Assembly (NCBI GenBank): GCA_000165425.1
Contig: CT868041.1
Coordinates: 62,001 to 126,000, forward strand
DNA from: Paramecium tetraurelia
Lineage: Eukaryota
Direction of reading: 5' to 3'
DNA: 64,000 bases
Shown: positions 28,701 to 41,143 of the stretch, piece by piece
How positions within the stretch are numbered: the first letter of the stretch is position 1
Layout of the letters: the number at the start of each line of letters is the position of its first letter
Made by a program: the position numbers and the translations under genes
Notes under the pieces: model-generated
The model's input: only the letters and a program-made list of their open reading frames with translations
Told to the model about the DNA's origin: nothing
Database searches by the model: none

Positions 28701-31700
28701 AATTCCAAATTATTGACATTATTAATCTCTTTACATTTTTTGGTTCTCATTTGTATTAACTTTTATTCGATACATTTATTCTCCAAATATTAACAATTTT
28801 ACCCAACTGTTTAAATATTTGTACAACCTATTTGATTTTGAGCTTAATCGCATTTTATTTCTTTATAATCTTGATTCGTGATTCTAACACATTTACCATT
28901 ATTTATCTTGCACCCTTCTAATTTCACATTAAGACAATCTTTTAGATCAATTGCATCGTAACAATATCGGTTTTGACTTATTTCTGTTTTCTTAAAACAT
29001 GATTCCTTGAAAATGCAATTAGGATTAGATTCACAAGCCTTTTGATTATAGCCTTTTTAGTTAGGATCATTATCATCACATTCAATAGTAGCGTTTTCTG
29101 GAACTTCTATGCAACTGAACGATTAAGAATCATATTAACATTTAACATCCGTTGTTTAGGCACAGAATGCACCATTGTTTATTAATTATATACTAGTGCA
29201 TTTTTGATTTGAATAAGTCCTATAATCAACTCCTTCACATTTGTTATCTTTAAAGTGGCAATATTAAAATTTTGTTTTAATAAGAACACATCCGTATAGG
29301 TTTAAAGTATTGTCACAACTCAACCTATTAATCTATTGAATTTCTTTTATTTCAACACATGCGCCTTTGAACCATTAAAGCTTCACTATCCTTTTGGAAA
29401 GTTTTCCAGAGTCTTATTTAAATAATATAAAATTAAAAAGTTCACAAGCTTTTTCATTCAAAGAATAGATATTTGATATCACATAGTTTAAATAAGATCT
29501 ATCATTACTATTATTAATTATATTATCTAGATTGTCTATATATTTATAAGGGCTATATTCTATGCAGGTTTAGCTGGCTTTATTGTAAAAGCAAGGTATA
29601 TCAGTGCTTTAAGAACAAGTAATAGGATTAGTTTAACGAGATGGATCGCATTTTTTGATTAAATCAAGATTAGTAATACTATTGCAACCTTTATTATCAT
29701 CAAATTCACAAAATTGTCCATTTGTTATAATGGCTAAACATTTCTATTTATTTACATAATCTGTGCATTTTGAATATCCAAATGAGCTTTGACATTTTTT
29801 TTCATTTTAATCAAATTCACAAAGCAGATTTGGTGTGTAAAATCGACAAGCCTATAAATTAAAGCCTTTGCAGGTAATTTATTCTGTTATATCAACTGAA
29901 CAAGTTTTGTTTTTACCGTCATATTAACATGGCATCTCTCCATCCATTTAACATACTTTTTTATTGACTATAGAAATTCCTGCAAAAGTTTTGCAGTTGT
30001 CACTTTTAGTAATCGGAACACATATCTTTTCGTTTATCAGAAATTTACATTTTATATTTTCAACCTAACTACAAGCATATTAATTTAAAAATTTTTAACA
30101 GTCCTTAATAGATGATGGATTTATATATCTACATTAACGATCCTTAATATTAACAATAATTTTCAACTTAGTTGATGCATGCATATTTGTTAATTCCAAA
30201 TTGTGTGCAGTCAGTCAACTTTTTTTTTAAGTTACTAACCATTAAACATAACTTCTATATTTCACTATAAATTAAGCCAATTTAATCATCGAAAATGCGA
30301 CACACATTCTTTGAAAATGGTGAAAACTTATTCTAAGTAACTTCATTAACAGAAGTGAATTTGAATTCGAAACAAAGGCCTTGATTAAATGTGCATATAG
30401 CATCTTAATTCAGACAAGCTAATTCATTTAAGTATGTTTAACAACCTTCATTGATATTTGAGAAGAAAATGCACTTATTATTAATGAAGGCACAAGAATT
30501 CTTGGTTTTTGATATACAAGCGTTTTTGTTTAATCCTTAAGTTCCACAATCATAAAATTACGGTTCTAAAATTTCTCTACATTTGTGGTTGTTACCCAAA
30601 ATGCAACTTTTATCACTTTTTATTTAAGTACAAGTTTAAGCATTCATATGTGACACATGACTTTAGTTTTCTAAAAATTAAGTACAATTCATTTGATTAT
30701 TAGAGAATTAAGCTAATTCACATCTTAATAAATTATCGGACCACACACACGGTAATTATTAGAAATTCAAGCAACCATATTTATTTAATCCATCACATTA
30801 TTATGCATTCGATTCAGTTTAACATATTTAACCATTCCATTTACATGATTCAACCATAGACTACATACATGTTGATTTATTTTTATAAAACAAGCACTTC
30901 CCTTTCAATGGACTATATTTCTCACATAATTTACTCTCAGGATTAAACCAACATAAATTCATTTATTCTTTGTAACAAGCAACCTAATTTAAAGTAGAAC
31001 AATCAATTTAATCTGTTGTCGAAATAGCTGAAATGGTTTTACAAGTAAATTCATATTTCTTTTAATTGCATTTTAAAGATAGAGATTTCTGCCATTAACA
31101 ATAAATATTTGTGGAAAAAGAGAGGCAAGCTTCTTTATTAAGATTTTCACATTAACTTATATTTTAGGCTATAGGATAGCATTTTTAATCGATTGAATTA
31201 TACTACATTGCTAAACCAGTGCATCTTACACAAGCCTATTAAGATACGGTTAACCCAATTAATTCCTTACAAGTAGAATGAGTGGCATCTTCGCATTTAT
31301 CTGTGAATTTACATGCTTAATCAACTAAGCCACAAGCCTTTTACTTATTAGCTCTGGTAAATGTGTTGACTTCATAACATAAATAATATTTATTTGAACA
31401 ATCCTAATTTAATTAAGGATACAACACGCTACTCTTTTTTTAACAATATCCTAAAAACATATAATCGCAACCACATTATTCGCATAAAACTTTACTATAA
31501 CTTTTATCGCAATTACAAGGAATGGGCAAAGTATTAGTGCATTTAATACCATAAAATCTGCATTAATCTATAGCAAGTGCACATAAAATTGGCTAAGCAT
31601 TAGATTCACTGATTTCATTACAAGAAAAACTAGATAATTAATTACTAGCGCTTTCACAGGTTTATTGATCTTCTTGGATACTCAAACATGAAGGACCTGG

Positions 31701-34700
31701 TTATTTTATCAAAGGTCCATTTTAACAAATGGCATTCGAGCTTTAACTTGTAAAGCAATTGTTTGAAATGCTTGCGCAATGTGGCAACTTATGCTCATTA
31801 TTTTGTAAATAGCGACAGCCTCCCTACTTTATATCATAATAACAGCTTTCAGAATTTAATTCTAAACAAAGAGCTTTTGAAAAAGAACTATCACAAGTTC
31901 TGATTTTATTATAAATGAGTTAACAAAAGGGACTTAGAATAGCATATACATCTCTATTACAGGTCTTGGAATAAAGTTGATCATATGGATAGTTAAATTG
32001 ATTCGGACAAACCTTAGTAACTTTATCATCATTGAAAGTGCTAATAACATGAATTTCCTTAGTTTCAGTCCCATCATCTCTCTTTTCATCTAATTTATTG
32101 ATCGTATCAGTGATTTAAAAATTCAGAATATTTTCTGCACATATGATTTATTCAGATTTTGTACATATGGTCATTTTGCAATCTTAAGAATGATCTTCAA
32201 CTTAATTATAGATATACATTCTAGTATATAATTGAGTATGATTGAAACATGTCTAATTTACCCAATTCATTTAACTTCTAAGCTGAATTAATCTCGATGG
32301 CACAAATAATTCTGATTTATATTTGTTCAAATCCTACTAACACCCTATTTCTTCATTTTCAGTATCCGGACATGTAATTCTTTCTTGTGCTTTTGATCTC
32401 CCAGTTTCAAGATAGTCAACTAATAGTTTATAAACCTAACATGAATATGTCCATTAATCCCAGAGACAATATTTTTCAAATTTACATTTTTATGTATGCT
32501 ATTTTTCTTGAGAGCAATCTTTTTCATCAATTGTTTATATTAAATTTGGACTTATAGAAGCACATGAAATTTTGTTATGATGGATTTTATTTTTGGAATA
32601 GTTGAATAATTATGTGCAAGTCATAGTTTGTTCTACATTGAATGGTTGACATTATAGAGTGCTTTCATTAAAAACACATGCAACTGGTATTTTCATACAG
32701 ACTTCGATATTGATCAAATTGGAAGTATTACATTATGACTATTCATCTTCAAAAATTTTGCATAATTGATCATTTTAATCATAAAAGCAAGGAGTACCTC
32801 TTGTTAAATATAAACAAGCATATTAATTCAATTAATATTGATCACAACTAAGATTATTTATAGTTTCATCCATTTTTATACATTTTTTTGTTTCTTTGTT
32901 ATAAAAATATCCAGCTCCTGAAATCAATAAACAAGCTTTTTGATTATAAAGATGATTTACATTATTATTTGAATTTTCAAATTCTTAAGATGTTTTTGGG
33001 ATAAACACTTAACATTAATATTTAACATCATCCCACATACATGCCTCTTTTACTACTTGTACACATAGAATTTTGTTTAACTAATCATTACATTTGAGTT
33101 CTCCAATTTCTGTTTAATTTTCATAACATTTTAAAGCAGATGTATCCCATCTACAATTTCCATTTGTGTTATTATAACATACTCTGTTATTTGCATTCCT
33201 TGCTGAAACATCGCAACTATCAAATAAGGTTTCTGATTTTATGCAAGTTTTATCCTATTCAGAATATTCACAAATTTGACCCTGTTTATTTATCACCTTG
33301 CATACTGATTAACTAATCTTTCCTCTTCCAACAAAGTAATTACATTCTACTTGTTCAGGAGCCTCTTAACAAAAATCTGTATCAAATGAAAAAAAACATG
33401 GTAATTTACTATTTTTACCTACAGAATCAATATTAATACATGCCTCACCGTTTAAATCAGAATTGCAACTTGTGAATTCTCGAAGTTCTTCAACCTTTAT
33501 ATCAACACATTATAGCTCATCTGAATCCCAAATACAGTAAACTTCCTAAGTTAATCCAGTACAAACATTTTTATTTCCATATGCGCTTTAGCACTCTTTG
33601 AAAGTGTCTAAAGGTACAAGTTTACATCTTTTATTCTCAGCATCATAACCAAAGTATTTTTCTTTGTTTGTATTTGTAATTTTTGCTTCAATAGATAAAC
33701 AGGCATATTCATTTAATATGAATTTATCTGAAGTTAAATCTAATAAGTTCTTGATTGAAGAAACATTGAGATTCGTGCAAACAAATCCATCATAATAACA
33801 ATGTTAAGATTTTGACCAGCTGATCATATGGCAACCCTTAAAATTCATGGATGTGCAAGGCAATTCAAGATTATTAAAGTATAATGCGACCTCCTTTTCA
33901 TCAGAAGTATTCACAATATCGCTTTATACCTCCGTGCATATACTTTTATAAAAATAACAATAAGTATATTAGTTCCCTTCTTCCTATCCTTTTTGACTTG
34001 TAAATTTACTACATGAATGAGCATTTATTCCTATCAGATCAATTTCAGTACAACAGGGAGTTGTACAACCTTCAGAAAATATCTTACAATTATTTTTATC
34101 TTTGTCATAGCCACAATAATCTGATTAATCAGTTAAAATTGATGCACAAACATTTGGATTAACAATAACATTTTTTCCCATATATTGAATACACCTAGTA
34201 TTATATTAAATAGAGATTTCTGTACAAGTAGCCAACATTTAGGACCATTAACATAGTTGTTCATTCGTAATTATTAATGCACAATCAGATTTTGGAAGCT
34301 GTGGAGTAGTGCATTTTAAAAAATTATAGGGATTATTTTTCGATTCTGGACTATCTTCTTTTTCAGGATCTTCATAAATTCTGCTAATACATTTGTATCT
34401 ATCAAATTAACACATACTAGGTTTAATTAATTCGCAACCAGCTTTATTTAATCCTAACAAATCACAACTGCTGTTATTTTATTCCATAGTATTAGTGCAT
34501 CCATTTATTTTTTGTGAATACCTGCATGGTTCATTTTGAAATGAAGCTAAAGCACAAGCCTAATAGTTTGAATTTTGTAGATGTAAACAGGGTATATTTG
34601 CAATATCACTTCTTTTAGAGAAATATACACATTAATCTTGAAACCATCTACATGGAGTTTATTCGGTAATGATAGAACCACAAATTATCTTATTAATCCC

Positions 34701-36357
34701 TAAAGACACATTATCACATTTAATTGTCTTCAAAAAATCTTTTATTAATTGATCATTGGAATTTAGTTCGATAGATTTGCATTATTTTTTATTTTTATCA
34801 AAATAGCATCCTATGTTATCATTTTCATAAACTTAGGAGCATGAATTTGGATTAGCATATCCTAAACTTTCACAAGTTGTTAATTACTATACTATAACTA
34901 CGAATTGACATCCATTAACAGTCCATTAACATGTTTCTTTAGAGTTTAAAATACTTACACATCCAAATTAATTAAGAAATGGAGTGTTACATTAATCATT
35001 AATTTAACTTTTAATGCATACATTATTAATATGGTCATATTTACACAAAACATTTGGTTTTGAAATTGCTTAACAAACATTTCCATTCATTTTTATAGAT
35101 GAATTTTTTACATATAAAGGGCAATCAATATTTTAATTAATAAATAATTCTTAACAATTATTTCCATTCCATAGACAAAATTAAGAATTTGTCTTCAAAT
35201 TAACACAAGCCTTTTCATTTAAATCCATATTACATTTATAATATGTAAGATCATCTTAATTTAATTATTAACAAATCCCATTTTAGAAAGAACAATTTTA
35301 TGATGTTATTTTAAGGCATGCTTTCTTTGATAATCCAGGAGTATTGCATCCTAATCCATTTATTTCATGCATTTCAATACTTTTACATTTTTTTTATTTT
35401 TCATCAAACATACAAAGATACTATGATGATGCACAAACTAAACAATTGACTTCATTTTTTGTTTAGCATTTAAATTCATTTTAATTGAATATTCTACATG
35501 AATGAATCTATCCATTCACATAATAATTATTGTGAATTAAGCATTATAGAGATACAAGCATTTTTATTTAATTAATTGCATGAAAAAACTTACTTTGGTT
35601 CAATTGATTTGCATTGATCATCTAAAAAAACACCTAATTTTATGATATTGTGAAATATTACAATATTAATCCTCTGTTATTATAGAAAGACATGCTTAAT
35701 CATTTAATCCTGGTTGATTACAAGTTATCGTTGATAATTGATCTATTCTTACTTCAACACATCTATAATCTCCTTCTAATCCTGAGTTCATGCCTTAATT
35801 AAAAGATATTTTACATAATCCAGATTTAAGTTATTAGCAAGTATAAGGAGTGACAGCAATCTCATGATAATTACATTGTTGATTATTTTTAATTGTATTT
35901 TCCCTTAGCAATTCACATTTATTATTCCAAGTGCATTTTTATTTTTATAAACTCATGCATGCAAATTTATTAATTCTATCTGAGCAACCTAAATTTTAGG
36001 CTTCGAAAAAATCTATAGTTTGACAAACTTCAAAAAACGCACCTATTTCTGAATGATATTTTCTTACAATAAACATTATCACCTTAGTTGTTTGTTGATT
36101 AATTGATGCATGCTTCTTTATTTAAATTTTGTTAACAACCTAGATTTTATAATCTAGTCTCTAAGCATTTCCCTATTTATATGTTATATTGACCTAAATT
36201 GAGATTCATAAAAAATACATCTAAAAGAGCTGGCCTTTGAAATACATTATAAAGAGGAGTTTGGATAATAATTACAATTATTATTTACTGTTATCGTTTG
36301 TAAATATCCAATCACCATTAACTAAAACGATACAATTGTTTGGAATAAAGTTTTCAT
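25719..36357 (-). CDS. Giant cysteine-repeat surface protein, copy 4 (about 3500 aa), probably GPI-anchored; closest paralog of copy 3
   Basis: Starts MKTLFQTIVSFQLMVIGYLQTITVNNNCNYYPNSS. Ends ...GEIITSLIILNLIFV-TGA. Same three 5' intron positions as copy 3. One apparent +1 base near 35500. Confidence 0.88.
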
Positions 36358-37258
36358 TTTATTATTAAAAACAATCTCTATTAAAATTTTCATTCTTATA
36401 TGGATAATTTGGATACAGCTTGTATATTCTGGCTTACTTCAGGTTACTGTCATACAAAGCAATGTTTCAGAATTTATTTAAGATTAAAATAGCAGCTCAA
36501 ATGCTTTTTTTCAATTCTGATGACCCTTTGATAATTATTTTTTTAAGTTACTCTATTTTTTAAGTACTAATTTCTTGCTTGTAATCATACTCAAATATGA
36601 AGCATTTAAAATTAATATTGAAATAAGATATAGTATTTATAATACGATAAAAATAATCAATAATCTGTAGAATTCAATTTATTTTTCCAAGAAACCTAAA
36701 TTGCATAGAAGATTTATCTAAATTCTGAATAGATATATTTATCGATTATGATTACTTTAATGGGCATTTTAAATCCTATAATTTGAATCGAAAATAGTTA
36801 AAATAAATGTTGCAATAAATAAGTAAAAATCAATATATAAACTTTTTATAGCCATTGATTTTAATTAGGTTTTTATATTTAAATACAAATATTCAATACA
36901 TCTAATGCTAAATAATTTTGGAAATCCATCAAATAAGACAACAATTTTTTCCAAAAAAATTAATTTTGAAATTTTATAATTAAATTTGAAGCATCTTCAA
37001 TTACTTTAATAGTTAATCATATTTATAAGATAGGAAAATAAACTAACATTTATTTTTATTATAATCTCTAATCTTAAATTTAGATCTTCCAAGACATAAA
37101 ATGAAAACGTGAAAATGATGTTATTATGATCTCATTAAGTGCTAGATTCGACAATTTCTAAATAAAGTGATATATGTTGCTTTATTCGTGAATGTTAATT
37201 ATTAAATTATTTAAATAATATCTTTAATATTTAATATTTATTTAAATTGCAAACGTGC

Positions 37259-39241
37259 ATGGCTGACAATTCAAAACAAAATTGGGGAGATTTATCTTCC
37301 GATGAAGAAAATGAGAAGCCTTAAGCTGATTCTCACAATCCTAAAACTCAAAATTAATAGGGAGGAAATAAACAAAGAAATAATTAATCACAATAAGGCT
37401 CATCTACAAGATAATAAAAATAAAGGCAAGAATAAACATAAGGAGAAGACCACTAGAACCCAGAAAATGAAAGAAATGATATCGATACCAATAACCCTGA
37501 CCACTCTAACTAATAGGGAAATTATAATTAGAGAAGTAATCAAAATAAAAAAAATTATGGGGATAACAAAGATAGGAGATACAAAGGAGATGGTAATTAA
37601 AGAGGCAATAGAGATCATTAAAAGAATTACAAAAATAGAGATTATAATTATAATTAAGAAGATAGATAAGATAGAGGTGATCGATAAGACAGAGGGGATA
37701 GATAAGACAGAGGTGATAGATAAGACAGAGGGGATAGATAAGATAGAGGTGATAGATAAGATAGAGGTGATAGATAAGATAAAAGAAAAAATTATGATAG
37801 GGATAACACTGGTATTTATATTAATAATCAATTTAGGATTTATCGAGTAAAAGAAGGAACAATTAAATAATTATAATGGAGATAGTATTAATATATTACT
37901 TCATTATAAAATTGATGAAAATTAATTGAAGGATGTGTTAAAAGATATTTAAATGAAGAATTTCAATTAGGGCGAGGATTAAACAAGATTTGATGTAGAT
38001 AAGGAGAATGCTTAAAAACTATTGGAAGTCTTTAAATTATAAATTGTATAGCATTTTGTTTTAATTTTGCTAGGAATTAGAAGGCAGAATCCATAAGCTT
38101 TATATGAGAATAGGTTCAGATAATCATGAGAAGAACAATTATGGAAACAGAGGAGGATATCAAAAACCGCATTATTAGTAAAGATAATAAAATAATGATG
38201 ATCAAAATTAATTTGGAAATAGAAATAGAGACAGAGATAGGGACAGAGATGCAAAATTCTAAAATAAAAGGAATAATTTTGAACCTCCCAAAATTACCAG
38301 AAATCAATCTTCAAAAGTTGAAGAAAATGTAATATTAGTTTTACCTTATTAGTTATAATAGACGGAATAACAATAATAGCCATAAAATGATGCTTAATAG
38401 AATGAATAAAGAGATATCAATCAATAAGAATAAAATTAGAAAATAGAGAGAGCAGATGAAAAGCCCACAAATTAAGAGGAAAACAATTAACAAAATGTAT
38501 AAAAGGAGCAGAATCAACCAAGAAACTACTACAAAGGTCATGATAATCAAAACAGGGGCTAAAAATATAATTATAAACAACACAATAATCACTATGATAG
38601 AGAATAAAATAATCAAAACTAAGATCAGACTGATTAGGGCAGGGATGAATAAAATTAATTTAGAAATAACAATAATAATTATAATAATAAATATAGAGGG
38701 AATAAAGATAGATAATACGATAGGAATTAGAATGATAATAAAGATTAGGAAGATTAAAATAACACAGAGGATAGAGATAATCAAAGAGGAGGCTATAGAA
38801 ACTATTAAAACAATAGAGGAAATTATAGAAATAACAACAACAGAAATAATAGAAACGATGATAAAAATAATGAAATTGATAATAACGATAAAGATAATTT
38901 TAATAGAAACAATAATGATGGAAATAATAATAGAAATTACAATAGAAACAATAATGATCAGGACAATAATAATAATAGAAATTATAACAAAGATCATTAT
39001 AGAAATAATAACAAAAATTATAATAATAATAGAGATAATCGAGGATATGAACCCAAGTAATAATAAGGTGATGAAGAGGGTTAAAAGAAATAGAATTTTA
39101 GAGGAAATACATAAGTAAATTAAATATTAAAATTAGAATGAATTAAAAGAGTTTCACTTTAATCCACATTTTGATAAGTAAAAGAAAGAGCCATAAAAAG
39201 CAGCAATAAAATCCGCCAATATGTTCGACATATTAAAGTGA
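37259..39241 (+). CDS. Low-complexity N/Q/R/D/G-rich putative RNA-binding protein with one folded island (degenerate RRM-like); eIF4B-like architecture
   Basis: MADNSKQNWGDLSSDEENEK...(DRQDRG)n...NILLHYKIDENQLKDVL...SANMFDILK-TGA. Introns near 37812-37836 and 38046-38072. The family assignment is inference. Confidence 0.7.
37661..37780 (+). repeat. Coding 18-bp tandem repeat (about 6.5 copies) encoding DRQDRG
   Basis: gatagataaga(c/t)agagg(t/g) repeated. Confidence 0.92.
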
Positions 39242-39323
39242 GAGTACATCATTAAATTAATGTTATATGTGTTTTTTGATACGATAACCTAACTAGTTAA
39301 ATCTTTTCTATAAAATATTAAAA

Positions 39324-40417
39324 TCAGAGTTTTTAGAATCTTATTTTACTGTCACTTCTTAATGCTTAGATTTCTCCAAGAGTAGAAATTTCTTTTCTCT
39401 CAGATGTAACATATGCCAGAGTATCTTATCGTTTTATAATATTAACATTTGGTAGTGCTAGGTGCTAAGGTTTAATTAACCCAGAATCAACTTTCGCTTT
39501 GATTTTGCTTAGATCATTTTTTTCTTTTTTGGGCTCCTACTTATAATTTCCTAGTCTAATAAGTTCGTCAGAGTTTTCGCTTACTTTTTTGGAAACCTAT
39601 TGTTTTAGCCTATTCATGGTGTTTTTCCCATATTGTAAGGCAGTCGATCTTCTCAAGTATTACCGTTCAGTAGGATCGGGATCTAGCTGGACTAAAATTT
39701 ATAGGAACGTAGAACTACCTTGTTTAGTGTCATGTCGATTTGCAAGCCAAGAAAATGCTACTCCAGCAGTGAATTTGGCTTATAGTTTTTCAATGATTTA
39801 ATCTTCAATCATAGTTTCTTATTGCTGTAGACTATGATCTTATTTTTCTTTGTTGTCTCTGGTTTGGTCTGTATTGGTTTTTGCTAAGTCTTCTGATGTC
39901 TTTTGGCGCATAATGACGGTTCCTTTCTTTGACTGATTGGGAGTGGCACTTCCTAATCGCTATTTTCTCAACTTCCTTCTAATAACGTTGAAGATGGGTT
40001 CTAATTTGACAGCTTTTAATTTTAATTATGCTACCATCATTTCATCTTTTCTCTCTAAGATTTTATCGATTAATTGAATTCTAAGTTATTACAAAAGTTC
40101 AACCTCTCATCAGCTGAATTCAGAGTTTTAAGAGATGCAATAATTTATTTTTTGTCATTAAAATCTGACAATGAGTTATAGGCATCCTGCACTCTTTATT
40201 TTTTAATGTTAATAGATTAAGATTTATTGGAATCATGTTTTTAATGTAAATTTTTTCTATAAGTGTCTATAAAATTTGATGGTCTATCTTTGTTTTCAGT
40301 TTTGTTCAAAGTAGGAGTTAGAACAAGTTCTAGAGGCCTGGCTGACGCAAATAATGGTGATAATATTTTTTTTGCAGTATAATTTGGTCGATTTAGCATC
40401 AGTTTATCGAAGCTCAT
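39324..40417 (-). CDS. Hypothetical protein
   Basis: MSFDKLMLNRPNYTAKKILSPLFASARPLE...EIQALRSDSKIRFQKL-TGA in code 6; probable intron near 40080-40105. Confidence 0.7.
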
Positions 40418-40449
40418 ATAAATTTGATAAATAAATTCATTAAAATTAA

Positions 40450-41070
40450 ATGTCACAGCAATCCCTAAGCTAGTTTTCATAACATAGTCAATAACAACAA
40501 TAAAATTAGTAGCCTGCTTAGAAAGTCGGCAGCTCAATAGAGGACATAACTTAGGATTTGGAGGAATTGTTTGAATCTCTTAAGAGTAATCATCATTAAA
40601 TAAATTTGCAGTCGAAAAACAAGGATAGCAAGTTGATTAGATAGAGAAATCAACCTTATTAGCATTACTTCTATATTTAAATATCGATAAATCCGAAGCA
40701 TAATTTTTCAATTATGTGGTTAGAACATTAGATCAGATGCAATAAGTAATTAATATCTTAACTACGATAGCCTACATTAACCAAAGACTAATTCAAAACC
40801 TTATTTTTGGATCCCCAAATAAATACAGAGAATTTGAAAAGTGAAGAGTTTGCACAAATATTTAGTGTTTTCGATTCGCAGAAAAAAGGATCCTTTAGTG
40901 CTGAAGATTTCTTAAGGTTGTATAAGGAAACCTCGGAATATTTAAATCTGAATGAGAATCAGAAAATATAGGTTGAGGCAAGAATAAAAAAGGACTTTGA
41001 AATTATCAGTCCTGAACACAAGGAAATCACTCCAATTGAATTTTTTAAGATAATTAACAATTAAGGCTGA
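40450..41070 (+). CDS. Small EF-hand protein (divergent calmodulin/centrin-like)
   Basis: MSQQSLSQFSQHSQQQQQ...EEFAQIFSVFDSQKKGSFSAEDFLRLY...EITPIEFFKIINNQG-TGA. Introns 40586-40611 and 40746-40770. Confidence 0.8.
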
Positions 41071-41143
41071 TTGCAATTTTTGAATTTACAATTAATTACA
41101 ATATATCATCATTATTTTATTTACATATATTAAATAGTATTAA

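Noticed and set aside
7886..30703. Three near-identical 64-aa plus-strand ORFs (7886, 18831, 30509) as a repeated small gene or mobile element
   Set aside because: They are antisense shadows of a shared block inside the minus-strand surface-protein genes; no terminal repeats or target-site duplications.
36418..36460. Imperfect hairpin (gcttgtat...atacaaagc) upstream of copy 4 as an ncRNA
   Set aside because: Short, weak stem with no convincing snoRNA boxes or other support.
37661..37780. Short direct repeats as a CRISPR-like array
   Set aside because: Contiguous 18-bp coding repeats with no spacers, in a eukaryotic gene.
37302..39118. Ile-rich and hydrophobic ORFs on both strands suggesting membrane proteins
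   Set aside because: Off-frame or antisense readings of the AAT/GAT/AGA-rich low-complexity gene at 37259-39241.
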